Positions 10,229 through 24,327 of a DNA stretch of 64,000 nucleotides are shown here, piece after piece (the stretch's first letter is position 1; each line of letters begins with the position of its first letter). The position numbers were made by a program, and so were the translations under genes. The stretch lies in contig NW_025964001.1 in assembly GCF_023055435.1 (NCBI RefSeq), positions 186,001 to 250,000 of the forward strand, given 5' to 3'. A model generated the notes under the pieces. It saw nothing but the letters and a program-made list of their open reading frames with translations. It made no database searches and was not told where the DNA came from. Source of the stretch: Haliotis rufescens (taxonomy: Eukaryota).

Positions 10229-12720
10229 ACACCGTGTATACAGTGCCTGTGGCCCATAGAAGACCGGCCCATGAGCGTCGTGTATACATTGCCTGTTGTC
10301 AATAGAAGGCCGCCAATAATACTGCGCCGTGTATACAGTGCCTGTGGTATATAGAAGGCCGCCAATAATACTGCGCCGTGTATACAGTGCCTGTGGTATA
10401 TAGAAGGCCGCCAATAATACTGCGCCGTGTATACAGTGCCTGTGGTATATAGAAGGCCGCCAATAACACTGAGCCGTGTATACAGTGCCTGTGGTATATA
10501 GAAGGCCGCCAATAACACTGCGCCGTGTATACAGTGCCTGTGGTATATAGAAGGCCGCCAATAATACTGCGCCGTGTATACAGTGTCCTTGGTATATAGA
10601 AGACCGGCCCATGAGCGTCGTGTTTACAGTGCCTGTGGTATATAGAAGGCCGCCAATAATACTGCGCCGTGTATACAGTGCCTGTGGTATATAGAAGGCC
10701 GCCAATAACACTGAGCCGTGTATACAGTGCCTGTGGTATATAGAAGGCCGCCAATAACACTGCGCCGTGTATACAGTGCCTGTGGTATATAGAAGGCCGC
10801 CAATGACACTGCGTCGTGTATACAGTGCCTGTGGCCCATAGAAGACCGGCCCATGAGTGTCTACAGTGTCCTTGGTATATAGAAGACCGGCCCATGAGCG
10901 TCGTGTTTACATTGCCTGTGGTATATAGAAGGCCGCCAATAATACTGCGCCGTGTATACAGTGCCTGTGGTATATAGAAGGCCGCCAATAACACTGCGCC
11001 GTGTATACAGTGCCTGTGGTATATAGAAGGCCGCCAATAACACTGCGCCGTGTATACAGTGCCTGTGGTATATAGAAGGCCGCCAATGACACTGCGTCGT
11101 GTATACAGTGCCTGTGGCCCATAGAAGACCGGCCCATGAGTGTCTACAGTGTCCTTGGTATATAGAAGACCGGCCCATGAGCGTCGTGTTTACATTGCCT
11201 GTGGTATATAGAAGACCGGTTTATGACAGTGCGTCGTGTATACAGTGCATGTGGTCCATAGAAGGCCGCCAATAATACTGCGCCGTGTATACAGTGCCTG
11301 TGGTATATAGAAGGCCGCCCATGACCGGCCCCATGAGCGTCGTGTATACATTGCCTGTTGTCAATAGAAGGCCGCCAATAATACTGCGCCGTGTATACAG
11401 TGCCTGTGGTATATAGAAGGCCGCCAATAATACTGCGCCGTGTATACAGTGCCTGTGGTATATAGAAGGCCGCCAATAATACTGCGCCGTGTATACAGTG
11501 CCTGTGGTATATAGAAGGCCGCCAATAACACTGAGCCGTGTATACAGTGCCTGTGGTATATAGAAGGCCGCCAATAACACTGCGCCGTGTATACAGTGCC
11601 TGTGGTATATAGAAGGCCGCCAATAATACTGCGCCGTGTATACAGTGTCCTTGGTATATAGAAGACCGGCCCATGAGCGTCGTGTTTACAGTGCCTGTGG
11701 TATATAGAAGGCCGCCAATAATACTGCGCCGTGTATACAGTGCCTGTGGTATATAGAAGGCCGCCAATAACACTGAGCCGTGTATACAGTGCCTGTGGTA
11801 TATAGAAGGCCGCCAATAACACTGCGCCGTGTATACAGTGCCTGTGGTATATAGAAGGCCGCCAATGACACTGCGTCGTGTATACAGTGCCTGTGGCCCA
11901 TAGAAGACCGGCCCATGAGTGTCTACAGTGTCCTTGGTATATAGAAGACCGGCCCATGAGCGTCGTGTTTACATTGCCTGTGGTATATAGAAGGCCGCCA
12001 ATAATACTGCGCCGTGTATACAGTGCCTGTGGTATATAGAAGGCCGCCAATAACACTGCGCCGTGTATACAGTGCCTGTGGTATATAGAAGGCCGCCAAT
12101 AACACTGCGCCGTGTATACAGTGCCTGTGGTATATAGAAGGCCGCCAATGACACTGCGTCGTGTATACAGTGCCTGTGGCCCATAGAAGACCGGCCCATG
12201 AGTGTCTACAGTGTCCTTGGTATATAGAAGACCGGCCCATGAGCGTCGTGTTTACATTGCCTGTGGTATATAGAAGACCGGTTTATGACAGTGCGTCGTG
12301 TATACAGTGCATGTGGTCCATAGAAGACCGGCCCATGAGTGTCTACAGTGTCCTTGGTTTATAGAAGACCGGCCCATGAGCGTCGTGTTTACATTGCCTG
12401 TGGTATATAGAAGACCGGTTTATGACAGTGCGTCGTGTATACAGTGCATGTGGTCCATAGAAGACCGGCCCATGAGCGTCGTGTTTACAGTGCCTGTGGT
12501 ATATAGAAGACCGGCTTATGACAGTGCGTCGTGTATACAGTGCCTATGGTATATAGAAGGCCGCCAATAACACTGCGCCGTGTATACAGTGCCTGTGGTC
12601 CATAGAAAACCGGCCCATGAGTGTCGTGTATGTATTATACAGTGTCTGTGGTCTAAAGAAGGCCGCCAAAAGATACTGCTTCGTGCATGCAGTGCCTGTG
12701 GAATATAGAAGGCCGACCAA
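10229..12720. repeat. Minisatellite, 49 bp unit (GTGTATACAGTGCCTGTGGTATATAGAAGGCCGCCAATAATACTGCGCC) with higher-order structure
   Basis: Tandem units of two subtypes; identical or near-identical ORFs recur at offsets of 283 and 1062 bp. Confidence 0.96.
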
Positions 12721-13295
12721 TGATCGAACTGCGGCGTACCTATGGTTAATACTGACACAGAACCTTTTTGTACTCTTGTATCTCTTTATATGCATCATGA
12801 ATGTTTAATTTCGGAGTAAATACTACTGCATTCTAGCGTTTCCTTATTAAATGTCACCAGCCTATAAACCGGTTTTGTCTTGTTAAACCACGCGGTATCT
12901 CTTACCAGTAGCGCATTGTTAACATATATGTGGTATGAATATATCCGGACGCTGCAAGTCAATAAACTGAAGTCTGATAATTCCAAAATTTGCCAAACTA
13001 GAATGAGGAATGTCAATCTTTAAAAGCTAGTGAGAGAACGGGTGTTGGAAGCATATTGGGGTCTGGGGCTAACGACCCGTAGTCAGTGTCGAGTTTATGA
13101 GCGCCATCTGGGGACTTTGTTAAATCGTGGTCATCTGTAGATCTGTTGAGATGTTGTACCTACAAGAAAAGTTTCCACCTCTCATTTCCATACCCAAACC
13201 CTAGCCGTGGCCGAATTTACAGAGTGAAATCCAGTGTCTTTTCATAACCGATAACTTCTCAAGTGTTGTATCAGATTCATTCAGTGGTAAACCTC

Positions 13296-13301
<6 letters not shown>

Positions 13302-13362
<61 letters not shown>

Positions 13363-13391
13363 GCGTGTGCGTGCGTGTGTATGTGCGTGTG
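13302..13391. repeat. (TG)n microsatellite grading into (TGCGTG)n
   Basis: Direct. Confidence 0.98.
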
Positions 13392-13764
13392 AACCTTCGC
13401 TCATTACATCTGCCTCAACAAGGCTCCATCATTATGTAGGACCGCCGTTGTGTAGTTGTGACATTGCTGACTTGGCATTAAACAGCATCCACTCATTTCT
13501 TCAAGTGCCGGGGTATTGCAGTGTTATTGGTTAACATACAGACCTACAAACATTCCTGTCTTCAAAGTAAAACAAACAGATATTCACAGATTAAACTTTT
13601 ATTCACAGTAAGAAAATCTCATCTCTTTCAGTCGCGTCCGTGCACTCGCCCTCCTTCTTCGATACAGTATACAGAACCTTCGCCTCCCGTCAATACAATA
13701 GACAGAACCTAGTTTGAAACATTTCAAATGGGACTCCCATCGTGTCTTCCCAAACAGCACTCAC

Positions 13765-13897
13765 AACCTCTCTCGCGATCCACTCTCTGAATGCACGTGC
13801 AAGACGTGAACATGGGCATTACACAACGTTGTACATGTCCATAAAACCAAGTGTACAGACTCTCTCCAAAAATATCGACTCGTACAAGAACTACCAT
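13765..13897 (-). other. Candidate first exon of a leftward gene (5' UTR or coding; MVVLVRVDIFGESLYTWFYGHVQRCV... is open up to the donor)
   Basis: Donor GTGAGT at 13764 on the minus strand; CpG-rich; just downstream of paired X-boxes. Confidence 0.3.
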
Positions 13898-13939
13898 GAA
13901 CAGTTGTATTCATAGTAATTATCAACACAAAAAGTTTTA

Positions 13940-13976
13940 GTTGCCATGGGAACGTTATCATTGGTTCCCTGGCAAC
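13940..13976. promoter_or_regulatory. Two tandem RFX X-box motifs
   Basis: GTTGCCATGGGAAC (13940-13953) and GTTCCCTGGCAAC (13964-13976), each with a perfect GTTGCC/GGCAAC half-site, in a CpG-rich segment. Confidence 0.6.
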
Positions 13977-16900
13977 CATTATAACATCATCAAGTGTCAA
14001 CAAAACACTGGTGTTCTGTTGACGCCAAGAGGTAGTACGATGAGTGATGCATAAAAAAATCTGTCAAATAATTCTCAAGTACTCCCGTATACAGATAAGG
14101 CAAGTTTCGTCCTTCTACAGATTGGACAAGGTTACACTGGAAGAAACATGAGGGAAATTGTGCAAGGGGAACTGTGCCTGGAGCCTATGGAAGTGCTAGT
14201 TTAAACATTTTACAGGAACATTTCCAATAATGGTACAGGTTGGATCAACAACAGCATCAACAGAATTAAACTGGCAGTTGATACACGAGGGATAGGGAAA
14301 CAATATAGTTAAGCCAGGACCATAAATGGGTACCCGGTAGTCAGGGGCAATTATAGCAAACACATTGGTCCACTGACCACATCCACTCACACCACCAGTA
14401 AGTTTAATCTACATACCATGGGACTAACAATAGTTTCCGAACCAAAAATCCAGCATGGCCAGGAATCAATAAAAACATCTCCTCACCAGGAAGTAATCAC
14501 CTTTAAAAAAAACGTCATAAAAATCAATGTGGCACTGGCTGCCAATGTTACATGATGAAAGTAAAAACACAGGCATTGAGAATATCAATCTTTTCACCTC
14601 AACACCGATCCACAGTGGACTGGCACTGGTAAATTGGGAAATACAAGGAGTAACTGCTTGCCCTTGGGCAACAAAAATGGGCAAAAATAAATTATTTTGA
14701 ATGGCGCAAAGATGAATATTGATTGTGTGTTACCTCCAGGTTACTTGCCTTAACAGACCAAGTTTCTTTCAATATAATTGCCTACCTATTGTCAGAGACC
14801 ACCAGCTGTAATGGTTCCTTGCCATCATTTTGATCACAGAAACACGATTCCATCACATTTCCTTCAAACTAGATCCTTTGTTCAAAATTCACCCTGACTT
14901 AATCATCAAGTCTAAGATCATGACGATCAAGATGCAACCTAGTTACTGAATTCAGAAACACAGTAGATTTTTTCTTGAATTTCAACTTGGAGTAAAAGCA
15001 TGAATTATATAGCAGAATGTGCTGCTGCTTCCTTAGCCGGAAGGGAGGAGGTGGCTTACCACACTGAGATCACACATACCTGAGGACCGAGGTATCAAGA
15101 AATATGAGGTCAGACATTAGTTCAGCAGCAAGACAAAGAGCCTGGAGGACATTCAGAGACTGAAGCCATGTTGGACATTACATCTTGGTAGATTCAGTGG
15201 CCAAGATGAGTCTTCAGAAAAGATACATAACCTTACATTGCCACAAAATTAAACTGGTTTGAGTAATCTGATTTATATTTTTCTGAATTGGCAATATTTG
15301 TATCTGTTTCTGAAACAATGTGAGGTGGGCCAATTTAAACATGGCCAAACAACCCAAGATGAAGAGGTCCACTCAAGACCCCTGACTTATGTTTGGAATA
15401 CATTATCACAGATTTAGTGAGGAACCTGAGGGAATCCAGTCTCTGGTGAACTTGTAGTACTAGCGCTACCTATGTCACACTGGACTATTGCCGCCATTTG
15501 ATAGTCATGTGACTGAAAGTAACCATGGCACCTCCAAATGCCAAAAAATAGTTCAAGAAATTTGCTAACAAATTGCCCTGAAATGATCTCAAAATCAAAT
15601 TGAGCCTGTGAAAAGCACATGTTGAAAGTTGCCTGGCATCACTCCCTGTTTTACAAAACATTGCCACTTCCATATGCTTCATAAAGACGAAATTATTAGT
15701 CAGATTTATAACAAAAATACTGACAGGTCAAACACTCATATCTTGCTGAAACAATTATGTGAAGTTATTCATGACAAATTCAAAACATTGGTACACAAAC
15801 AAACTGCTTTCAGAAACTGCTCTTCTTTAACATGTGTATTTCAAAATATGAAATAAATATTTTCCAAGCACAACCTTTTTGTTGTGAAACACTGTGATCA
15901 CATATATTGTCAAATTGCTTGTTTATCTTAAGAAACAGTTTCTGAATAAATCATACTAGTTCATGTTAAATGCACTGAATGAGACACAGAAAGATTCCCA
16001 CATAAATATCAAACATTCAAATAAACCATCCATTAACGTTACACATTTCAGGGTAGTATTTCAGGATAGTATTTCCCATATTGAGTAACTCTGGCAAGTG
16101 AAGGTTAAGCCACACTGTGCTCCATTGCCAAGGGCCATTTCCAGTGGGTAGTGTCACTGCAATCAGTGTTATGTGTCAAACTGAAACACTGTATCTGTGT
16201 GGTCTTAAGGTAATAATTAATGCCCCCATTGATAATAAGATGTGAATTTGCAACATGGGATTTGAATGATTTGAATCAACTTGTGAAGACTGCAAATTGG
16301 CCCAAGGGTAGGAGGCTCCTCGTTAAGATAGGTACTATTATGAATACATTAGCACAATCTTAATGACTTTGTAAAGCCAATATGAGGACTGATCATAGTG
16401 TTAATGATACAATGTTAACAAACACGATTTCCTGGTGTGCAAACATTGTAGACAGTGCAAATCTTTAGAGGTAGGTGAGCTGCAAGGTCTGCCCCACAAG
16501 GGACGTCCAAATTGTTCACGATCTTACAAATATAAAATATCTACATCCCCTGAAATTGAGGCTTTTTTCAAGGATAGGTCTGTCATGCTGCAAAATGCTT
16601 CACCTAACTCAAATAAAAGCAGTAAGTGTTCAGTATGTCAGCGTCGTGACCATAAAATTGATTTGGTGGCCATAAAAACACGGGTTCTATATAAAGGTTG
16701 TCTTGAAATTGATTCTGTCTGATCACGTACGTTCATATGCATCAAGGTGACGCCCAAGGTGCATATTTCCTATAAACAATTTACATTAGATGTACCATAA
16801 ATTAGACAGCTTGTCATGCTTAACAAAAGCTAACGTGGAAATAGAGAAACAAATTTGCAGCATCTGTTCTCCTATCATAACAGGATTTCAACACTTACGC

Positions 16901-17950
16901 CTCCACTCGCCCACCTTAGCTTTACCAAAATCTGAATAACAACTGTAAATTCTTCAATCAAAACAATTCATTACATAGTCTATTTTTGTATACATAAAAA
17001 ATATCATAACAGTGTTTGTCCAAAATGCATATTCATATATCCTAAAAAAGACTCCACAGCTGAAGAATAGATCACTGAAAATCTACATACCATAATAGTA
17101 CATGTACATGATCATGTCATCAATAACAAGTGGTCGGGAAAAGAGATTCAAGGGAACGTTCATCCAAAAATGTAAGCAAGCAAGCTGAAATCATTTTTGA
17201 GATGGCCATAAAAAGTAAAAAATTAATAGTGACCAAAAATAATGACGTAATTTATTACAATGTCTTCAAACCATGGGGAGAGTGATGAATTTTTTATTTT
17301 TTTTTAAGGGGTACCAAAATTACTAGGAGAGTTATTCTTAAAGTACAGCCCTAAGTATAATATATCTTGTCTATTCACCCCCACCCCTCCCCTCAAACAG
17401 ATTAAAATAAACTTCACTGATTGATAAGTCAATTACCCCACAAAGAACTCAGTATTTGCCAATAAATTAATCAAAATTATTTCAAACATAAATAGCCAAT
17501 TCATCACTGTCAAATATTCTATGGCAGTAGGAACAAAGTAGCTGATCCTATGGCTTTGAAAAGAGCAAACCAATAGAATCAATTCTGGCTGTACATTGAA
17601 TGTGGTAATAAAACTGTAGTTTAACAATGTTTTACTCAACAGCTGTGGTCCTATACATAATGAAGCCCTTCAATAGCTTCTTGCCATTTTGTGTAGTGCA
17701 AGCTGCCATTCTGCCAAGCGACATAGTGTAGTGGAAGTAGGATTACAGTTGAATCTTCAATGTACTAACAGGACACATGATCAACAGCTGCCAGGAAGAA
17801 CATCTCTGTACACAGGAGAGCACAAGTACACTGTAGTTCATGTAGCTGCTGTAGTGATGATGTTGATGCTGTTACAGCTGCAGCTGCAATATTACCTGCT
17901 CAGGCTAACCTATTGCCGCAGTATGCTGTATGGTAAAGGTGTAACCATGG

Positions 17951-18195
17951 TGTGATGCATGATGGGACATCTGCTGGGGTGATGCATGATGGGATATCTA
18001 GTAGGGTGATGCATGATGGGACATCTACTGGGGTGATGCATGATGGGATATATACTAGGGGGATGCATGATGGGATATCTACTAGGGTGATGCATGATGG
18101 GATATCTACTAGGGTGATGCATGATGGGATATGTACTGGGGTGATGCATGATGGGATATATAATAGGGTAATGCATGATGGGACACCTACTGGTA
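17951..18195. repeat. Minisatellite, 27 bp unit (GTGATGCATGATGGGATATCTACTAGG), ~9 copies
   Basis: Direct; explains the 9-aa periodic ORFs. Confidence 0.95.
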
Positions 18196-19398
18196 ACATG
18201 TATTGCTTGCTAGTACATCAATCTTGCAAAACAAAGCATATGTTACAGAACAGTCTTTCGATAATATTCAGTGAGGGTTCACCTTCTACCATGATATATG
18301 TTTGATGAAATGATAATAACATTTGTCTGTCACATATCTGCACAATCTGGTTTTGTTGTTCTGATGTCCATGAGCAGCATGTTTTGCAAAGTCCGAACCA
18401 TCCAAGAAGCTGATGCCTCCACTGGCTCCCATCTCTGGCAGTTATTCGAACATGGTCACAGACTCCCAAAGTCATCATGTCTTTCCCTGACCTTACTCCA
18501 TGCTAGCCATATATCTTCATATCAGCAGTTGTAGCCATAGTCCTGTGGACCTGTTCACAGCATGGAGTAGGCATGCACAGACAGACCTCCGGCCACATGT
18601 AGTGTCACTTAGCCACTGAGCGTAAACAAGATGCTAACCAAGCATGCCTCAGCTCCAAAACATCAAGCATGCAAACTTTTCAAAAAATGGGAAAAATATA
18701 GAAAAATGTCTGTGGAAAAAAACCAGCCTGTACACATCCTCAGTAATAATGATGACAAAATGTATATATGCCTGCCTGAGTAAGCGTTGAGTGTTGAAGC
18801 AAGCGAGTTCATCAATCGGCCATGTGAGTCGGCACCACTGGGCTATCTATCTCCACAGTCGCTACTTCTAGCATTAAATATATAGTCTATAATGTAAACA
18901 GTCTTCAATAGATAAAAAATCACAATATTGATTGACTTATGATAAATGGCTGACTGAATGCTGAACAAGCCGACGTGCACTACTAATGATACACAACAGC
19001 TTCAAGGTCAACTGAATGAATGCAGTAGGCAGATGCTTGTTTCTACAGTATAAGTTAATGGTATAGATGCATGTCCTAGTTGCCATCAGGCTTCGTCTGT
19101 GCGTACATACATGCGTAGATCTCCATTAAGCACTGAGGGCCTCCATATACAATCTCCACCTTCAACCACTGGGACTCACTCCTACAGCACAAAGTCATCA
19201 GTTTTCTCTGAACACAATACTCCAATGATGGAAGTCTTCAGCACCTCTATTGACCTCCCCATAATCTAGAAGCCTCGTCCGCAGATTAGGGGAGATAATC
19301 AGTTCTGTCCCCTCGGGGTCACTTCTTTGGCCAAAAAGAAGAACAGTGGCATAACTGAAGCTCAACGTTACAATTATCACGTGATACTGGTAACTTCT

Positions 19399-19521
19399 TC
19401 AGTATGCGCATGATGGTTCTTCCACTGGCGTCAGGGGAGAGAACCCACTGCTGATAGATCGGAAGGAGAAGACAGCAGGATCTGATAAACACTTCGGTCC
19501 TCTGCTATTTCCATTGATCGT
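19399..19521 (-). CDS. Candidate terminal coding exon, TINGNSRGPKCLSDPAVFSFRSISSGFSPLTPVEEPSCAY*, protein unidentified
   Basis: Strong acceptor GTGTTTCTTCATTTCAG; phase 0 open for 40 codons to TGA; in frame with exon 54788-54850. Confidence 0.55.
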   Translation of the reverse strand, partial: TINGNSRGPKCLSDPAVFSFRSISSGFSPLTPVEEPSCAY

Positions 19522-21052
19522 CTGAAATGAAGAAACACAATCATTAATGGAAGGGAAATGCAACAGTGTTAAAGACAGTCACACTCAAATATTCTGTTAT
19601 AATTTTGGTTTGATTACAACAACACTACGGTGCCAATGAAGTTATGTATTTAACAAAGAATATAAGTGGAAAGTACTGTTTTCTCAATCATTCAAATGTC
19701 TGTTTTAGAACAGTTATCATCCAAAACTGGCTCAGAAGGAGATATGGCTTGGGTGAGATCAAGCGATGTCTACATTGTAGATATTGCTGCAATGAAATTG
19801 CATCACAATGCTTTGCAGAAGTTTGAAGAATGATGTTTGATGATTAATAGAATCTCACCCTCGTGTCTGTTGATATCAAATATATCAACACACATCAATA
19901 AAAGTGGAAAAACTCCTTGGCAAGCCTCAGAGTTTTTCCACTTTTATTCACTCATGTTGATATATTTAATATCAAAAGACACTTGGGTGAGATTCTCTAT
20001 ATATCATCCAGTTGAATTATTGAATATTAGATTTAGCTGGACATAGGACACATAAAACAAAGAGCAAAGGATATCATTTGATAACTGCCGGCTCCTATTT
20101 TATTCACACCATGTAACCCGAAGATAATGGAATACCATCAGACCATGTGATAACAGCAATATACCCCATCACACAATACCAAGATTCTTATCTAACTTCA
20201 ATTTCATCCCCTTTCAATCCCAGCCCAAGTTCCCTGACAACAAGTGACATTATCAGTGTTGAAGGACTATCTCATTACAACTGGCCATCACAATATAGAA
20301 AACAATTTCAAACCATTTGGTTGAAAAAACAGGTATTTTATTAATGGCTTAGAAAGCCTGATATACAGACAACCGCTATCCATTTTCCTACAGTATTGAT
20401 AGCAACAAGCTTCAATCTCACAAAGTTGGCGAAAGGCCAAGTATTATAAAAAACTGAGCTGATATGCTGCCTAAGAGAAGAGAGGGAGAGGTGATGTATT
20501 TATCCTTCATCTTCAACTGTTGGTAAAAACCCATAGTGTAGCATCCATGTATTTTTGCAAGGAACCTATACATAGAAACTTTTCATTGTATAGCCGTGAG
20601 AACTCAGAGCCGTGCCAGTAAATCTCTTCTACCGCTTCGTGGCTTTTGGCGCCATCTGGCAAGTAAAGAGGTAATGCTGCCAAAAATCTGTCTTTTACGT
20701 GCATCCAAGAGCTGCATCCTTGTGAAGACTGCATGCCCATCAAATCAATTTACATCATTCTTGGAACCTGCAGAGCCATGGGAAATTTGTTTTCGCCTTT
20801 TTATTTTTTGAAATTCTGGAGCCATTTTGCAAAAGTAACAGATTTAAGAAACAAATGATGAAGAACTCTGAACACCTTGTGTTCCTTAAACTTTGATATC
20901 TTCCAAGAAAATACAGGGGGGTCCAATTAAGAGTACAGGTAATCACCCAGATTCATGACTCTTCCACAACAGAATCAGGATTCTGTCCTTTTTTGCAGTT
21001 GTGAACGGCAAATACTTGTCAGTCGAAGAACAGGATAAGAATTAGGATTGGC

Positions 21053-21662
21053 GTAAGACATGAGTCTCGTAAGACATGAGTCTCGTAAGACAAGAGCCTC
21101 GTAAGACAAGAGCCCCGTAAGTCATGAGCCTCGTAAGACATGAGCCCCGTAAGACATAAGCCCAATAAGTCATGAGCCTCGTAAAACATGAGCCTCATAA
21201 GACATGAGCCCCATAAGTCACGAGCCTCGTAAGACATGAGCCCCGTAAGACATAAGCCCAATAAGTCATGAGCCTCGTAAAACATGAGCTTTGTAAGACA
21301 TGAGCCCCGTAAGACATAAGCCCAATAAGTCATGAGCCTCGTAAAACATAAGCCCAATAAGTCATGAGCCTCGTAAAACATGAGCCTCGTAAGACGTGAG
21401 CCCCGTAAGACATAAGCGCAATAAGTCATGAGCCTCCTAAAACATGAGCCTCGTAAGACATAAGCCTAATAAGACATGAGCCTCGTAAAACATGAGCCTC
21501 GTAAGACATAAGCCCAATAAGTCATGAGCCTCGTAAAACATGAGCCTCGTAAGACATGAGCCTCGTAAGACATGAGCCTCGTAAAACATGAGCCTCGTGA
21601 GACATGAGCCTCGTAAGACATAAGCCTCATAAGACATAAGCCTCATAAGACATGAGCCTCGT
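21053..21662. repeat. Minisatellite, 16 bp unit (GTAAGACATGAGCCTC), ~38 copies
   Basis: Direct. Confidence 0.96.
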
Positions 21663-21915
21663 CATCATTCCTCTATTGAACAAACAAGCCAGGACAAGTT
21701 ATTTTTTCCATTTTTGAAAGACAAGGAATCTTGACCAGGATAAAAAAACAAAAGGAAGAGAGTTTTATCAAAAATGCAAGTGGAGATTCACCCCAGGATT
21801 GGGCCTATGGACGCAGTCTATTGTGTGGAGATTATGACATCACCATCATCATCATCATCATGACATGTTTATCACAAGCTACATTATGAATGCCGTCTTC
21901 ATCATCAACATCATC

Positions 21916-22337
21916 ATACCTGTGTTTGATGTGACCTAGATACCTGTGTTTGATGTGGTCTAGATACAGGTGTTTGATGTGACATTGATACAGGTGTTTG
22001 ATGTGGCCTAGATACCTGAGCTTGATGAGGCCTAGATACAGACGTTTGATGTGGCCTTCATACAGGCATTTGATGTGGCCTTGATACAGGTGTTTGATGT
22101 GGACTTGATACAGGCATTTGATGTGGCCTTGATACAAGTGTTTGATGTGACCTAGATACACATGCTTGATGTGACCTAGATACACATGCTTGATGTGACC
22201 TAGATACACATGCTTGATGTGACCTTGATACACATGCTTGATGTAGCCTAGATACACATGCTTGATGTGACCTTGATACACATGCTTGATGTGACCTAGA
22301 TACACATGCTTGATGTGACCTAGATACACATGCTTGA
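21916..22337. repeat. Minisatellite, 24 bp unit (GATACACATGCTTGATGTGACCTA), ~17 copies
   Basis: Direct; explains the HIKHVYLG-repeat ORF 21832..22359. Confidence 0.95.
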
Positions 22338-23956
22338 CTGCAACTGCATCTTTACCCACAGCTGCAGCACAATCTGATACAATCTACCCCATCAACTCCC
22401 ACAGCAGGAAGTGCTTCACCTCTCTTCCTGCCTCTCTCTCCACTCACTTCATCTCCTCTGTACACGCTAACACCTACATGCTCATTTATGAACTAGTCCT
22501 AGTGGCTATAAATGTTTGGAGCAATTAGCTTTCAAAGCTTTGAAAAATATGCTATCAACAATTAATTTGATATTTAAATGTTTATGTCAGCAAGCATAGG
22601 TAACTGGGTATCCTTTCTTATTTGAAACCTTTCTCCAATTACCAAATAAAAACAAACAAATGTCCTTTTGATCTCTTACTTGAAAAAATGTTCCCATGAA
22701 ATCTTCTCATTTATTTTTATGCAGGGCATTTTTCTTTTAATGAGTACTGAAAGCATGGCTTATCATAAAGTAATGTGCTTTCAACCTGCAAAATGGCAAA
22801 ATCCATTGTTTAACAGCTATTGCTTCAATAATTTATCCACGTAACATATGACATCTCCTAATGCCTCCTGTATTTACAGCAATCATCAGCACCTGACTAC
22901 AACCACCATCTGAATCCAATCTACCAAACAGCCACATGGCGGCCACATGTTGACCATTGACCTTCACTGACCAGGTCTCCTGAACGTGACTAAACTCACC
23001 TGTCTTTGATCTGCTTAACGATATCTATTGTTACCTGACAGGTACACAGGCACTGACACACCTGATATGTATGTGGCATTCCTCTCTGTGACAGCCCTGA
23101 CAAGGGACATGATACAGGGTGCCGGAGTCTGCATCTAGGCCTCTTGCCATGGCCAACTCTTGTACTACAGTGTGTAACGATGAGGAAATCTAGGCAAACT
23201 GTCTTCAACAAATATCTTTGACAAATGGAGCATGCTTGTACATTCTGTAGTTTTCTTGTATGTAATGTACTACACATATTTACAAGCTTTTCCTACATGA
23301 ATTTCCGCTTAACCTTTGAAGCATGTCTGCTTTAACACATCCAACATGCCACCTTTTCAAATATTTTTGGCACTGGCATCAAAGTCATTAATTCCCCCAA
23401 ACACTAAGGCAGAATGTTAAACCAGGGCTCCTGAATGCTTTTGGCAAGTCTAACTTCTCATTTACATCATATGGGAAAATACACCAACAAAAACATATTA
23501 TTTGTTTCTGGAAACATGATCCTTGTGGAATACAGTACAAACTATTTCGATACTAATCAGTACAGTGTGTAGAATGCCAGGATGTTACCTGTAGTTAGAT
23601 CACATGACCTGATTTGGAAGGGGGGGGAGTGAGAGAGATAGAGACAAGATAGGTGACCTACAGGAGAGGTAGAAGATAGCCATCTAAGATTGGCACAGAC
23701 ATGGAGAGGATCAATGTGGACTTTAAGAGTTGCTTTTACCCATATAAGTTGTTGGACCAGCTTCAACCTAAACAATCAGTCTTGTTATAATTTGCAATGT
23801 GTGTCTGATGCCTACTTCAAAGGCATAACTAAATATGTGTAAACATTTGTCTGGAATATAGTGTCAAGTATCACCTCAAACTGCCCATTCTGTGGTGGGC
23901 TTTTAAGATAGCTCTACACTTAACAACATAGTAACTGTTATTGTTGCTTGGGCAAC

Positions 23957-24327
23957 TTTCTTTACACTATCCACAGTGGAGGAGCACCAACAGACTTTTC
24001 CTTACACTATCCACAGTGGAGGATGACTAACAGACTTTTTCTTACACTATCCACAGTGGAGGAACACTAACAGACTTTTATTTACACTATCCACAGTGGA
24101 GGAGCACTAACAGACTTTTCCTTACACTATCCACAGTGGAGGAGCACTAACAGCCTTTTCTTTACACTATCCACAGTGGAGGAGCACTAACAGACTTTTC
24201 CTTACACTATCCACAGTGGAGGAGCACTAACAGACCTTTCCTTACACTATCCACAGTGGAGGAGCACTAACAGACTTTTCCTTACACTATCCACAGTGGA
24301 GGAGCACTAACAGACTTTTCTTTACAG
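23957..24327. repeat. Minisatellite, 40 bp unit (TTACACTATCCACAGTGGAGGAGCACTAACAGACTTTTCC), ~9 copies
   Basis: Direct. Confidence 0.96.

Noticed and set aside
9986-12808. Long ORFs of 200-240 aa
   Set aside because: Read-through of a 49-bp repeat that cycles through frames; not a gene
17900-18305. 9-aa periodic ORFs on both strands
   Set aside because: 27-bp minisatellite artefact
21832-22359. His/Tyr/Gly-rich repeat protein (HIKHVYLG)n, superficially like a structural or shell protein
   Set aside because: The 24-bp unit keeps the frame open automatically; no signal peptide or clear splice support
22999-23035. Micro-exon VTIDIVKQIKD with a GTGAGT donor (minus strand)
   Set aside because: Weak acceptor; it would move the 19521 exon to another frame (RRSMEIAEDRSVYQILL...). 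Cannot be excluded without RNA data
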